Source of the DNA: Asterias rubens
Taxonomy: Eukaryota
Direction of reading: 5' to 3'
NCBI RefSeq assembly: GCF_902459465.1
Contig: NW_022985698.1
Coordinates: forward strand, 124,001-188,000
DNA length: 64,000 nt
The position numbers and the translations under genes were made by a program. Below are positions 13,026-26,469 of this stretch, in pieces; position 1 is the stretch's first letter; every line of letters begins with the position of its first letter. The notes under the pieces were generated by a model, which did no database searches, was not told the origin of the DNA, and saw nothing but the letters and a program-made list of their open reading frames with translations.

Positions 13026-13440
13026 TTAGCCCTTTTCAGACGATAGCAATTTAGCAAGGGTCCTTTGCTTTTTTCGCATGTTTGCTTATTAATTTACACA
13101 ATGCAGCTCGTGTGAAAGGAAAAACAATGTGTGTTCTAGCAAATTTGAGACAGTCCAAACATTGTTTTCCTTTCATACGAAGTACAATATGTAGAGTTTA
13201 GCCCCTTCTCACAAGAGTAATTTAGCAAGGGTTGTAACATTACAAAATGTACTCATGTGAAAGGACAACAAAAAAGTTATCTTGCAAAAAAGAGTCATTG
13301 CTACATGTTCATATATTTACAACCATGCTAACATTTGGCAAGGGACCCCAGTTAAAATGCTGTTGTGTGAACAGCGCTTTTCACAACCACGCTCATACTA
13401 AAGCAAGGGACCCCTGCTAAATTGCTGTCATGTGAAAGGG
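13026..13440. mobile_element. Foldback element with nested inverted segments
   Basis: gcccttttcagacgatagcaatttagcaagggtcc at the left versus gggacccctgctaaattgctgtcatgtgaaaggg at the right. Confidence 0.6.
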
Positions 13441-13636
13441 ATTATAATGGTGTCGAACTTGTCTGTCATGTGAAGCAAGTGATGCAATCAGGGCATGGAT
13501 AACACTCTACAAGGCTTTATATTGTATCAGCTGTTTCACCCATCAAGGCATTGCAAACACCACAGTGCCTCAACACTAGGACTTCATCATCACCAACACC
13601 TCATATCTCCCCTTGTTGGGTTATTAAAGCTCTCTT

Positions 13637-14004
13637 TTAAAGGCACTGGACACTATTGGTAATTACTTGAAATAATTCTTAGCATACAAATTTACATGGT
13701 AACGAGCGATGGGAGAGCTGTTGATAGTATAAAACATTGTGGGAAACGGCTCCCTTTGAAATGATGCAGTTTTTGAGAAAGAGATAATTTCTCACTCAAA
13801 TAATAAATTACCTCAGTTGAAGTCTATTTTTATGCATCTGAAATCAGATTAGGTAGTGCAACAAAGGTATTTTTCTTTCATTATTCTCTTGCAACTACAA
13901 TGATCAATTGAGTCCAAATTTTCACAAATTTGTTATTTTGTGCATTTTGTTGTGAAGATACTGGTATGGTGTTTGACAGTTACCAATGGTATTCAATGTA
14001 TTAA
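13637..14004. mobile_element. Family A MITE (degenerate right end)
   Basis: TTAAaggcactggacactattggtaattac left end; family A body. Confidence 0.8.
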
Positions 14005-17000
14005 AAGGCAGACATGGCGGCAGAGTGCATATATAGGGAGAACCACACTAAATACAACAACAACCAATGCTAAAATGCTAAATATTATTCAAAAACACTC
14101 AAACAAAAGTATTTTTTAAGTCCCTCAGGTTCTTGAAAACATATCAATTATATTCTCAGACCACTAAACATTAGATTTCTTTTCAATTGTTGGCTGATCA
14201 GCCGTTTATAATTTTTGCTAATCACCCCAGAGTGTGCTTTTCTCCAAACCGACATGTTGCCGATTTTGAGGCAAAATAAGACCAACTTTAAAGCCAGAAT
14301 TGTTCTTAAAAGTTGTAAAACAGAACCCCAGGCAGGTTGTGATAGATTCTTATTATATAACATAATCTATATTGCATGACCCCAAAACGCTGTTATTCGA
14401 AAGTGTGGGTTTACAACAACAAGTTAACTGCCTGACGTTTCGATCCTAGCAGAGTTTTTTTCGAAGGCGTAATGACAACACAAAACAAACATGAACCTGT
14501 AACAAACAAACTGTAACCAGCAAGACAAAATGTAACAAGAAACCAGGGAGTATCACCAAAGGGATAATGCAACAAAGAGGATACAAATAAGAAAATAGAT
14601 TCAGCTGTTGCAAACTGCTTCTTACCCACAAAAAGGACATAATAAATGCAAAACAAAGGCTCAAAGGCTAAAATTGATAAATTGATAGCTTTGCACATGA
14701 CTTTTGGCCTATTTAGTGTATTGCACCCTTAGAATACCACCGCTATATTTGCACAACTCCCATAGCTACCAGTTCAGACAATGAAAACTTCTTTTCATAT
14801 CAGTTTGACTTTTGTATACAAACAGATGAAACAATTTTTAACTACCATTCAACGTGGCCATTGACAACTCAGTAAATAATATTAAAATTGATAAGTAATC
14901 ATTGTTGACCCACTTGAGTCCAGCTGTATAGAATAAAAACAAAAACAAATTCTCTGTTAATATTCTGAAATTAGATTAATGAAAATATTGCCCGCAATGG
15001 GGGTCCTCTGCATGCACCCAGTCATTATTCATTTAATAACGACTCTATGAGGTAATTATGTGGCATTTGATAATAAGTACTTCAAAAGTAGGGTAATTTA
15101 TTTTAACTAAACCGGATTGTGTTTCTTTGTGGTCGACTGTTGCGTCAATTTCTAGGTCAAAATTGTGTTCTAGAAGACTAATTCTTTCATTGAATTCCTA
15201 TCATTATGTATTTGTGTGAGCTTTAGCTTTTTCTTCTCTGATTAAAACAATTCCTCCCTTCCTTTCCAAAATGCATCCCCACTTAATCTTTTGAATACGT
15301 ACGAGACTGCTTGTCAGCATTGCTCTGATAAGCTTCTTGCTGTTCCATACGACTTGCCATGCATAACCCATGCATCGCGCTACACTAAACTAGAGCATTC
15401 ATCAAGATTTAATACTGATCATTATGACGTCTGTGGCTGCTTAAACAATCTAAGGTCTTGAAATAATTGAATTTTTGCGGTTTGGGGAAAGCAGTCAATG
15501 ATTACAGCTTTATATAGTTACCCGTCCATGTAGTAAAGGACATTTGGTGCTCGGTTATGATGGCATTTGCACCCCAGCCCCCACCCCTCCCAACTCACAA
15601 GTTGACACACAAAACCGATTGTGTTCTTGGAATCTCGGGAACAAAAAGAAAAATAGTATATCCCCCCCCCCACCCCGTGGCGCGCGCGTACGGGCTGGGT
15701 ATAATAATTGTAGACAAATTTAACTTTATAATATGTTCCCATGTCAGTACCGTCACCACTAACTGGGGGGGGGGGGGGGGGTGGTGACTCAGAACAATTC
15801 CCTGCCAATACTCCAAAGAAATGAGATGGATAAAACCATGCTCAAAATAACGCACGGTCCGATTGAGCAATAGCCCGCCCCACCCCTCCCCATTTGAAAA
15901 CGATGTTTTGTGCTCCCCTCCCCCCCGCCCCCCATGGTCGTCTCTACCCCCAAGAAAGCGAAATGTTTTGTCACTTGCCCCTGTGCAGGTAATCCTGTAG
16001 CACGGATCGCTTCCAAAAAAGCTGTTCAGTACAGCAATTTGCTTACCACAGAAACATGATGCTAAGCCATGACTAAGCTTTTCCGTATAATGAAACGGTG
16101 AGCTGGCAGATCATACGGTTCTAGGTAATAACATCATTTCAAACGGGAGTATCTCTACACCACAGTAGGCAGGCCTCCACCAAACCAGGAGCTGTGTTGA
16201 TAAACAAAATTCCTTTACATGGAAGGAAATTACGTATCATGGATCAAGTGACATTTTCCTCCGGAAAACCGGAAGGGGATTATTTCGAACACCACTTGTG
16301 CAAATCAATGACTTGTGTAGAGTTTCATATCACTAGTGTTGATAATGAAGTGTTTTATTGTTAATAAATAACTGTAGAGCTGCTTAAAAATTGGGCTCTT
16401 GAAAACGCTTCAACTATTATATCGATCAAGGGTGCTTTCAAAGATCTCTTGATTGTCTGAAAAGATGTCTTTTCAGCCGAGTCTTGCAAATCGTCGAATT
16501 TCCTGTACTTTTTATTATACATAATTATATAGAAATCGTCAAACTTCATTGGTCTAGACGCATCACATGACGTTGAATTGATTACCATAATCGTTCGAAG
16601 AGTGTTTTGATGCTATCGTCCCCATGTACATGTTTAATTGGTCAGAAATGGGTTCCCGGGAAAGAGGATGCGTAATCGCTGGTACTACGCGCGTCACTGC
16701 GTGTTTGTTTAGAGTGCAACGCTGAGATCAGCGAAACAAAATCTTGTGAAAATGTGTCCGGGAAAAGTCGTCTGCTCAGAAAATCTATCAAGTTCGCTGA
16801 ATGTAAGTGAAAATTTATGTTTCTTTTGCCTACACCTCGTCCAAACTTCATACCACATGAAATTAACTATAAGTTGTGTCTGCTGTGATATATTCCTCGA
16901 ACGTTTCGTGAAAAATGCACCCTTTGCTCGTCTACGTTTCTTGTCAAAGTGTCAAAAGTTGCACACGCTGAACACGTGTGTATGTTTACATTATTCAGTA

Positions 17001-17904
17001 CCGTTAGTTAGACAACTCGACTCTTTTCTCGTTACACGTTACAAAATAATGCTCAAAATTTGTAGCTCTCAAATTTTGCAAACTGATTTGTTGGTGACAT
17101 TGTAAAGGCTTATTATGGAAAAGAGCACATTGACCTTGCAGTATGCTGTAGCCTGTTTATTTTTAATGACGAATAATTGTTGAAAATTGCTATTTATTGG
17201 GGCTGGTCATGACGATGACTGTGTAGTGTAAATCTGTAACTCTTGAGTCAAGTCAAATTTGACTGATGATACAAAACAAGTGTACTCTGTCTAGCTCACA
17301 ACCACACCAGTCACTGTGACTGCAGTGTACTACTTTCAAAGGCCCCATAATTAATTAGAAAACCCCAAATTGTGTGTGTGAGCCAAAGCCCAAAATAGTG
17401 TCTAAAGGAAAGACCCGCTGGTTCAAAGTTTTCCAGTATTTAATATTGAAATAAAAAAATGTGTGTGCTGTGCGTATGGTGACCGGCAACCAAAGAAACC
17501 AACTGATACTGATGGCGCCCTTTACAAAAGCACGCAGAAGAGCGATGCAAGACATGCTTCATGTAAGTAACATTACGTCTTATTTTTCATGTCGCCATAT
17601 CATTATAGCATAGAGTAAAGTATTTTGAGTAACTGTGTTATGGTCACACTAAGGTTGTTGTGTCATTGGATTAATGTAACGTCATAGCAAACACACCTTG
17701 ACACAATTTAGTCATACTTTCAAAATAGAAGCTGCTTGCAACTTTAAGAGGAGGTGTCTTTAAACACTCATCTAACACACATACAGCCCTCCCGCCAACT
17801 CCATGATGTGCCCTAGGCCTAGGGGCTATGCTAAGCATTGTATCATTATTTTATTTTATTAATTAAATGTTTGTACACATCCACAGGATGAATAGGAAAT
17901 GAGA

Positions 17905-18065
17905 AGAAATTTTCAGTTTTAGATAGGTGAGGAAAACCCCAATGGGGGAAAACCCACACATCAGGTAGGGACTGCAAACCCAATTCACATGCAAGGCTCT
18001 GGTCTGAGGTGAGACTAGAACCGGGGTCCAGAGAGGTAAAAAGACACCAAATGAGCCAACCTGAT
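17905..18065 (-). mobile_element. tRNA-derived SINE, reverse copy
   Basis: Reverse complement resembles the 1348 and 30560 elements (ggaccccggttctag head, gggttttcctcacc body). Confidence 0.55.
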
Positions 18066-19244
18066 CCCATTATTTTGTTTAGCCAGGACAAAGTAATATT
18101 TAATTGTAAAGTATGACATTTGCTATTGTGCTTGACTCAAACTAATCAGGGGTCAAGTTTGTGTAGCCACATTTTGGGAATAATGTGGTCAGTAGGGAAG
18201 AAGTATTCATATTCAATAGTCAGCCCTAGTAAACACAGGCCTGCAATTTCATCTTTGATAGGGCCAGGTAAGGCCATTTTCATTTAGAAATAGGCACTTC
18301 AATTAAAATCTGTTTATAAAGTATATGGGAGACTTTCAAGGGGTACCAAGGCAAAGATCGGGGCAACAGTGGCTCTGTGTAATTCAGTTGCCCTTCAGTG
18401 TGCCAACTACTGGAGGGATAGCATTTGAGCAGCATGGACACAAGAAGAAGAAGTGCCAGTAATGGTAATTTGTTTTGCCCCCTTCACACTGTGTTATGCT
18501 TTTCTGTGACTATGTGAAGTAAATGCCTATTGTATAAACTCAGCTTAATACCAATGAAGTGAACTCAAATGAAACAAATGTATTTTGTATCAACCCCTGG
18601 GTAATTTTTATGAAACCTTTGATGTTTAAATTAAATAGATTTTACAATAGCCTAATGCCTTGTTAAGGGACTGGCTGAATTGAAGTATTCAAAGATAGGC
18701 CTACAAGCTCATAATAAGTTCCTATATATGTAAACAGTAATTTAATTTCTGCACTCAAATTTCAATTTCATTGAGCTGCTTAGACAGAAAATATTGCTTG
18801 ACGATATCCTGCTTCTAAAGCAGAGATAATCAGGATATTGGTAGCAAATGTTACATGTGACACTGTATTTGGGTTGGTAAGCTTACTCTGGTAAAAATAA
18901 TTTAGTTCTAATGCTTAGCATATTTTTATAATGGGCCCTGATTTGTCTCATTTTTTGCAAAAATACCACCATTAATCAGAAGGTCTTTTTCAGATTATGT
19001 GTTTTGGAGGCCAGTATTTGGAAATAGACTTGTGGAAATGCTAATCTGGCTGATTGGAATTGACAATGCTCCATTATCCACCGATGAGACCTCCAAAATG
19101 AGAATGGTGAGTATAAATTATGAGTATGTAATAGGGCCTATTATTTGCAATGTTATGTCTTTTGTTAAGATGTCTTTATATACCAACATAATAGTTGGGC
19201 TTAGTAGATTAATTTTTGGCTGGTAACCTGTTTCTGCTAATCAA

Positions 19245-19384
19245 NNNNNNNNNNNNNNNNNNNNNNNNNNNNNNNNNNNNNNNNNNNNNNNNNNNNNNNN
19301 NNNNNNNNNNNNNNNNNNNNNNNNNNNNNNNNNNNNNNNNNNNNNNNNNNNNNNNNNNNNNNNNNNNNNNNNNNNNNNNNNNNN
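19245..19384. other. Assembly gap (140 N)
   Basis: Run of N. Confidence 1.
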
Positions 19385-19458
19385 ACAACTTCAGCGACGA
19401 CGACAACAACAAAAACAACACCAACATCAACTACAGCAACGACAACAAAAATAACAAC
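19385..19458. repeat. Degenerate (AAC)n microsatellite adjoining the gap
   Basis: acaacaacaaaaacaacaccaacatcaactacagcaacgacaac. Confidence 0.8.
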
Positions 19459-19811
19459 TTCACCAATCTTAAAGGTACTATAAGGGTGCACCTCGACTGT
19501 GGTTTCGGGTGCATTTATATAGGGTCTTTGACTTGAACTTGTTTTACATTATGGGACTGTTACTCTTTCATACAAAATCGACCGACAGTATAGAAACGCT
19601 ACACTTAATTGGGTTTACACATTAAATATTTAAAAAATATTAGATATTATGTAAACCCAAGTATTAGTCATTTTTCTCAACTTGAAATGTTGTGATACAA
19701 AATTATTTAATAAAGGCTAGACACCAGTAGGAACTGAAACCACTGTAACCAATACGACCACAACAATGTACCTGATAATTACTTTACTCCTATCAAATTC
19801 CACAAACTTAC

Positions 19812-20150
19812 CAGTTCGTCTTTGACCCAATTAATGGATCGTTGCAGATGTTCTCGTCTTTCTTCATCTGTTCTCTCCAAGTATTCCAGCCCTTCATCCT
19901 CACCATTTCGAGTAAGCGACAACTTCGGTCTCTTGTTGACGAACGCAAATGGTGGCTTGTCTAAGTTAGCTCGCCATTCCACGATGGATGGCCGAGTAGA
20001 GGCTAAATTCAATCTGGCTGCCACACTCTTGAGTTTCTCTAACTCTGTCAGACATACTTCATCTTCAGGAATGGTCTGTAGTTCAAAAGATTCTCTAAAC
20101 TTTGGTCCAGCACTCTTCAGGGCATGTAGAATGAACTCAGACGAGCCCAT
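19812..20150 (-). CDS. FAM167A: FAM167-family protein, coding exon 1 (MGSSEFIL...LEKLKSVAARLNLASTRPSIVEWRANL...SINWVKDEL)
   Basis: LxLxTxRPSxxEW and WxxxEL motifs of FAM167; ATG at 20150; CTG|GTAAGT donor at 19811; 339 nt joins exon 2 in frame (KDEL|AEMK). A versus B paralogue cannot be resolved. Confidence 0.88.
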
Positions 20151-21977
20151 TGTGTCCCGCACGCCGTCTGTCTCCCCCAAGTTTTACACTCGTGTACTGT
20201 CCTCCAGCCGCACTTACCAAAAAGTACAACGACTCTATCACAATTGTATCCAATGTCAAAAAAACGATAAGTAAAATGCTTTTGAATGTTTACTGTAGTA
20301 TGAAACCAGAAGCTTGCATCAGAGGTAGAAACAAACATAGGTGATAATAAAAGCAGTGTAGTTCTCTGCACATGGATATACTGTAGTAACACAGGAAGCG
20401 GACGCAGCCCGTGTCATTAGAGAGTTCCGCTTTGCTTGGTGTTATGCAAGATCAGATTCACAGAGTATCTTTCAATACCTGCTGGTTATCACAAAGTATC
20501 TTACGATGTCAGTATTTTATCAATTTGATTGATTAAAGTTCACCTTCAAGACTCTTAGAATACGTGTTGGTAGCTGGCAATGAAGACTTCGACGCTAAAC
20601 CATCACGATTTATACTCTGCGCAAAGATCGTCTTACACATCGATGGATTGGAATGCGCATTATCCGCAGACTTTGTTCTTGTGGTGGTGCGGTCTCCTCT
20701 GTGCAAATTAATTTCACAAGTCATCATTTATTCCAAGGTGTAGCATTACGAAATCGCGAGAGAAAAAAATAAATATGATCGTGCTCTTCACAGTTTGTAG
20801 TTCCATCAAATGTCAAACTTCCAGACCGGCATGGGTTTATAAACAAGGTACACGAACCGTAACAGTGTGTTAACCACACACAGCTCTTACCTACCAAACC
20901 ATAATGGACATTCAGTTTTACGACTGGCCCGAAGTTCACAACTACTTGTTTGTAAAGCAAACATACGAAGTGTGAAATTTTGTCCCGCAGCTAATATCAT
21001 CCAGCTAGTTTCAATACTTTGGAATGTAGAATCATGGTGGAACGTAGACGTATTGTGTCGAGCAAGAGGTCAGTTGACAACTTTTTGGGGAGGAAGTGAA
21101 ATTTAGTCCAAGGAACGCACCTACGTCATTTACTTCTCCACAATAGATCCGCTGGTGTTCTGTAGATCAGAAAAGAAAAAAAAACCAGGTGCTCACAACA
21201 GTAACAACTTGTTTGTCAAAGACTATTTTGTTTGAAAGGAGTTCTTATACTTGCAGGGGGGTTGGAAAATAGGTCATGCTGCTACCAAACAAATCGTGTT
21301 GTTGCAGCTCCTTATGTGAACTGAGGTAATGACAATGTACGTATATTTCACGGTTTGTAAAATACACCATGTAAACATATCGGTATCGTGAGAAATGAAA
21401 TGGATTGAACGTGATGTACAATGGCAAAAATAAATCATGCTTGTAAAAGTTTGAATTGAAAGTGCTTGTTGGTAAACGTGCCCTGAAGGTGACTGAACAC
21501 ATCACCAGTGATGTCTATAGGATACAAATTGTTGGTGTTATACCATCCAGTGACGCTGTATCTGTTTGCTTGTTGTAATTTGAAAAATTGAATTGTGTTA
21601 TTACGATTCAAAATATGGTAACTGTTCTGTACTATTTCCACTTGTGTTATTTTTTATGGCACTCACAGTATGGTTACTTTGATGAAGATATCACCATGGT
21701 GATAAAGATAACGCTTACGGGAACGTTGTCCATGAGAAAATGTACAGATCTTACATATTATAGTTTGTTCATATCGATTCATTTACTCATATACAACTGC
21801 AAGAGAGAAGTACCATGATTAAAACATTCCATAGTCCGAGGCTAACTTTATATTTTAACCAATACCACAGAAAGAACCAGTCCGAGTATCATAAACGAGT
21901 GGGTTTTTTTTCTCGTCCCAGGGCCCAATTGCATAAAGCATGTAAGCACACAAACTTCAAGCACTTAAACGTGTGGC

Positions 21978-22336
21978 TTAAAGGCAGTGGACACTATTGG
22001 TAATTACTCAAAATAATGATTAGCATAAAATCTTATTTGGTAGCGAGTAATGGGGAGCTGTTGATAGTATAAAACACTGTGAGAATTGGCTCCCTCTGAA
22101 GTCACATAGATTTTGATTTCGAGACCTCAAATTTAGAATTTGAGGTATCGAAATCGAGCATCTGAAAGCACACGTCTTCGTGTGACAAGGGTGTTTTTTC
22201 TTTCATTATTATCTCGCAACTTCGACTACCGATTGAGCTAAAATTTTCACAGGTTTGTTATTTTATGCATATGTTGAGATACACCAAAGTAGAATACTGG
22301 TCTTTGACAATTACCAATAGTGTCCAGTGTCTTTAA
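21978..22336. mobile_element. Family A MITE
   Basis: TTAA|aggcagtggacactattgg ... ccaatagtgtccagtgtct|TTAA. Confidence 0.9.
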
Positions 22337-25071
22337 CATAAGTAGGTTATCAGCCAAAATTACATTAAAAGTTTGCATTGTAACTGGTGTTCAGTCTGCA
22401 CGCTCCGAACTGTGTTTCAGCTTGACACAGAAATGGCTTGACACAGAAATGGGTCAAGCTTTACGCAAAACCTTGGTCCTTATTCTATTGTTTGACCAGT
22501 TTCCTGGTCAACCTTACCCAAGCGTACGTCAGGCCCCCTGACACCTTGAATCCGGGTCAATTCTGACCAAGTAGTTTTTAGAGTGATACAAGCAAGGATA
22601 AAACGTAACATTTAGCTTGCCTCATTCACTAACTAGTTTTTTTTCCCCTTTTTATCTTTCTCTTGCCCTTTGTGTTTCCATCTCCAATATGGGCAGACAA
22701 GCTTTTTCTCTCCAAACCCCCACCCCACCCCTTTGCCCATTCATTGTTAACCCCCTTGCTTTTTGCTGCGTGCTTTCTGACTCTCTCTCTCTCTGTCCTC
22801 TCTTTATTCATGTATTTCTACCAGACTGTTTCTTACACTTAATACCTGTCCATGTGTGTTATGTTGTAAATAGCCTTCTCGTTGAAACCTCTGCTAGGTC
22901 GAAACGTCAGGCCAATGACCATTCTTTGCATTTACACTTAAATGTTCAGATTATTTCTGCATTTCTATATTGATTATGTCAGCATACACGAAATAACAGA
23001 TTCGTGTTAATGAAATTAGAAGGAAGCCATGTACTCAACGGTTTACATGACATGTAAACCGTCTGAAAATATAACCAGAGATTTCCAAACTGGAAATGAT
23101 TTCCCATTTTGATAGCAAGATCCTTCTGGAGATAATGCCCCCAGGCGTGTACTACAACTGACCAATATTACTGCAAGCAAACTAGTAATTGAACAAATAG
23201 CTGGAAGGTGGATGGTGGAATTTGAAGTCACGGATGCCATGGATGCCATGTATGCCATGGTTGTGGTAGACCATTAAGTCCGGTAGCAAGCGACAGTTAC
23301 TCGCATACTAATGATATCGTGCTGGCATCGCACAATTAACGGACCGTTGGTTTTCCGTCTAATATTGTTACAGAAATTACTGGTGATTAAAGGGGATTCT
23401 TTAATTGGTAAGCATGCACACACACTTGACCCTCTGGTGGTTTGTGTTCTTTAGAAATGAGAAGACGGCCTAAGGCTCGGTCCACTTTGCAAACAAGACT
23501 TTGAATAAAGGGTTTGTAAGCACAGCTTTAATAGGAAAGTACTTTATTCTAAAGCTGTAATCATACAACAAAATTCAGAACCATACAGATTAATTTGTAT
23601 GATGTTTGTGGGCTTGGATTTATTTTTGTTTTCGTCATTGAACATAATGAACTGATTTATGGATTCAGATATTTATTATCAGAGTAAGATATTTATTTAG
23701 AGACCACAGACGAGTTGTAACAATCAACCCATCACCCCTCTCCCATGTAAGTAAAAACCTAGGCTTGAATATGAATCCTGCTGCCCTTTGTTTACAGTCA
23801 AGTTGTGCACATTAATGTTTTATAACAAAGATGACCATTGCTAAAGGTTTAAAACTTTGAGTTGGTAAGGCCATTCATTCATTTTGCAACGGGCATTTCA
23901 ATTGGGAAATCTTAAAGTTTATAACTAAGTATAAGTGAAACTTTTAAGGCACCATGACAAAGACCAGGGCAACAGAGACCATGGCCTCCGAGCCTGCATG
24001 TCCGAGTGAGAAAAGAACATGTGGAAATAACCAGTCAACTCATCAGCTGTAAGAACACAAGGAACTGGGGAATGACATGAGATAAATCTTGTACACAATC
24101 CATGTTATCCGTTGGCTCTGTTTCCTAAATATAATTGAGTCTAATCCACACCTGTCCCACTGTCGACAAATATGAAGTCAACACCCTTGAAGGGTTCAGT
24201 GGGAGTTTATTGCCACAGCTAAAATCTGAACCTGTCGACATTTTGTGACAGCTAAGCTATTGAAATAATTTCCCCAAATAAAGAGAGACGTCAAAATTAC
24301 AATGGTGACGTTGAAATGATCGTTAGCTAATGGGGAAGCATAGAGCTAGGGAATCGGACAATGACAATGCCCCGCGGGGACAATTGGTTGTCGTGTTTTA
24401 ATGCGCTTTTAAAGTGACTGAAACCATGGAAACCAAGTCACACAAACACGTACAGTACGAATGCAAAATGTCACTCGCCTTTCGGATGTTAGTGATAACA
24501 ATAGACAACATGTATCACGCGCTTAATACGGTTGTTTCTAAGCGTACATTCAGTATTTTACTGCAAGGTATGTGGGACGGACCTGCTCATTGTACATTAT
24601 AGCACCGTGTACATGTAATAGTTTGCACGGTGCTGTTCCGCAATATGCTGTCAATCAAACCAGGAACACCGGGGGGGGGGGGGGGGGCAAAACCGTTCTG
24701 TTTTTCGATATGTGCACTGTTTTTTTTTCCCGTGCGTTATACAACACACGAGACCAACGGCTTTACGTCCCATCCGAAGGACACATAATGTCATTTATGC
24801 TTTACGTTTTGAAATATATATATATTTTTAAATACGCCAATGAAAACAAAATTGGCACGCAATAGTAAAATGCACTTTTGAAATACAAGGTGCAAAGACC
24901 AACAATTAGACACACATTTTGGTGAAACCTTCTATAGCGATGATAGGGCCTACTAGATATAGAGAGACGAGTAAAAGGGAAAATGCCACGAGACCACTTT
25001 GGTTTTGGAACAAATATAAGCATCAATAAAGAGGGTATTGTGAGTGAATCAATCATTATTGCACAAGCTGT

Positions 25072-25459
25072 TTAAAGACACTGGACACTATTGCTAATTG
25101 TCAAAGACTATCCTTCACAGTTGGTGTATCTCAATTCATATGCAAAACATAACAAACTTGTGAAAATTTGAGCTTAATCGGTTGTCGAAGTTGCGAGATA
25201 ATAATGAAAGAAAAAACGTCCTTGTCACATGAAGTTGTGTGCTTTCAAATGCTTGATTTCGAGACCTCAAATTCTAAATCTGAGGTCTCGAAATCACATT
25301 CGGTGAAAATTACTTCTTTCTCAAAAACTACGTCACTTTGGCAGGAGTTGTTCCTCACAATGTTTTATACTACCAACCTCTTCCCATTACTCGCTACCAA
25401 GTAAGGTTTTATGCTAATAATTATTTTGAGTAACTACCAATAGTGTCCACTGCCTTTAA
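25072..25459. mobile_element. Family A MITE, reverse orientation
   Basis: TTAA|agacactggacactattg ... caatagtgtccactgcct|TTAA. Confidence 0.9.
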
Positions 25460-26101
25460 TGTATAGGAGGTAAAGCCACGCCCAGTTTGGTACAGATTTG
25501 ATTAAAGGTGTCAACCGATGTAGTTATTAAAATTCACACCAATAATTAAAAGTGACTAGCTTTATACTGGGGCAATGAAACCACCCTTGACCGTCGATGG
25601 TGGAATTGCGTAGTCCTTCAATGAACTGACCTTTAAATCAGTCATGCAAGAGTTTGCTAAGACAGTGTGCTCAGCATTGCGTGCAAATGTCATCGAATCA
25701 ATGACATATTTATAGATCTGAATAATATACACCAAAAATCTTTTACAGACTTGAGCGGAATCAATAATGTCAATGTTAATTATATTTCAGCTTGTATGAT
25801 AGTACACGTGTTTATTATTCAATCGGAAGGTTTTGATATTATTTTACACTTGTTTGAATTATCAAACCAAAAACGTTTATCAATGTGGAAACACTTTGAC
25901 ATCATGTGTGGTATGTTGTTTTGTTATTGCAACAAAGTGGCTATTGGGTACAAAACGGAGCTCCCACAAACGATGTTATAATGATCGAGTGATGACGTTA
26001 CGGATGACGTTTTTGTGAAAATTGCAGCCTTGAGGGAAACGCACTTGTTTAGAAGAGTATACTCTCATGTAAACTCACTATCCTTATAAACTGAACACGT
26101 C

Positions 26102-26469
26102 TTAAAGGCACAGAATACTTTTGGTTATTTCCAAAGACCAGTCTTCTCACTTGGTGTACCCCAACATAAGCATAAAATAACAAGCCTGTGAAAATTTGAG
26201 CTAAATTGGTCATCGAAGTTGCGCGAAAATGATGAGAGAAAAAAACACCCTTGTTGGACAAATTTGTGTGCTTTAAGGTATGAATAAAATACTTCTGGCC
26301 AGAAGTCTTTTATTATTTTAGTGAGTAATTACCTCTTTCTCAAAACCTATACACTTTCAGAGGGACCCGTTGCTTACAATGTTTTATACTATCAACAGCT
26401 CTCCAATGCTCGTTACCAAGTCAGTTTTAAGTTGTTTTGAGTAATTACCAAACGTGTACCTTCCCTTAA
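26102..26469. mobile_element. Family A-related MITE, reverse orientation
   Basis: TTAA|aggcac ... gtaccttccc|TTAA; close to the 48908 copy. Confidence 0.8.

Noticed and set aside
19209-19536. ORFs spanning the N gap
   Set aside because: They are artefacts of translating N runs plus an (AAC)n tract.
20151-20180. TTG-initiated extension of FAM167 exon 1
   Set aside because: A non-ATG start is unlikely here, and an in-frame ATG lies at 20150.
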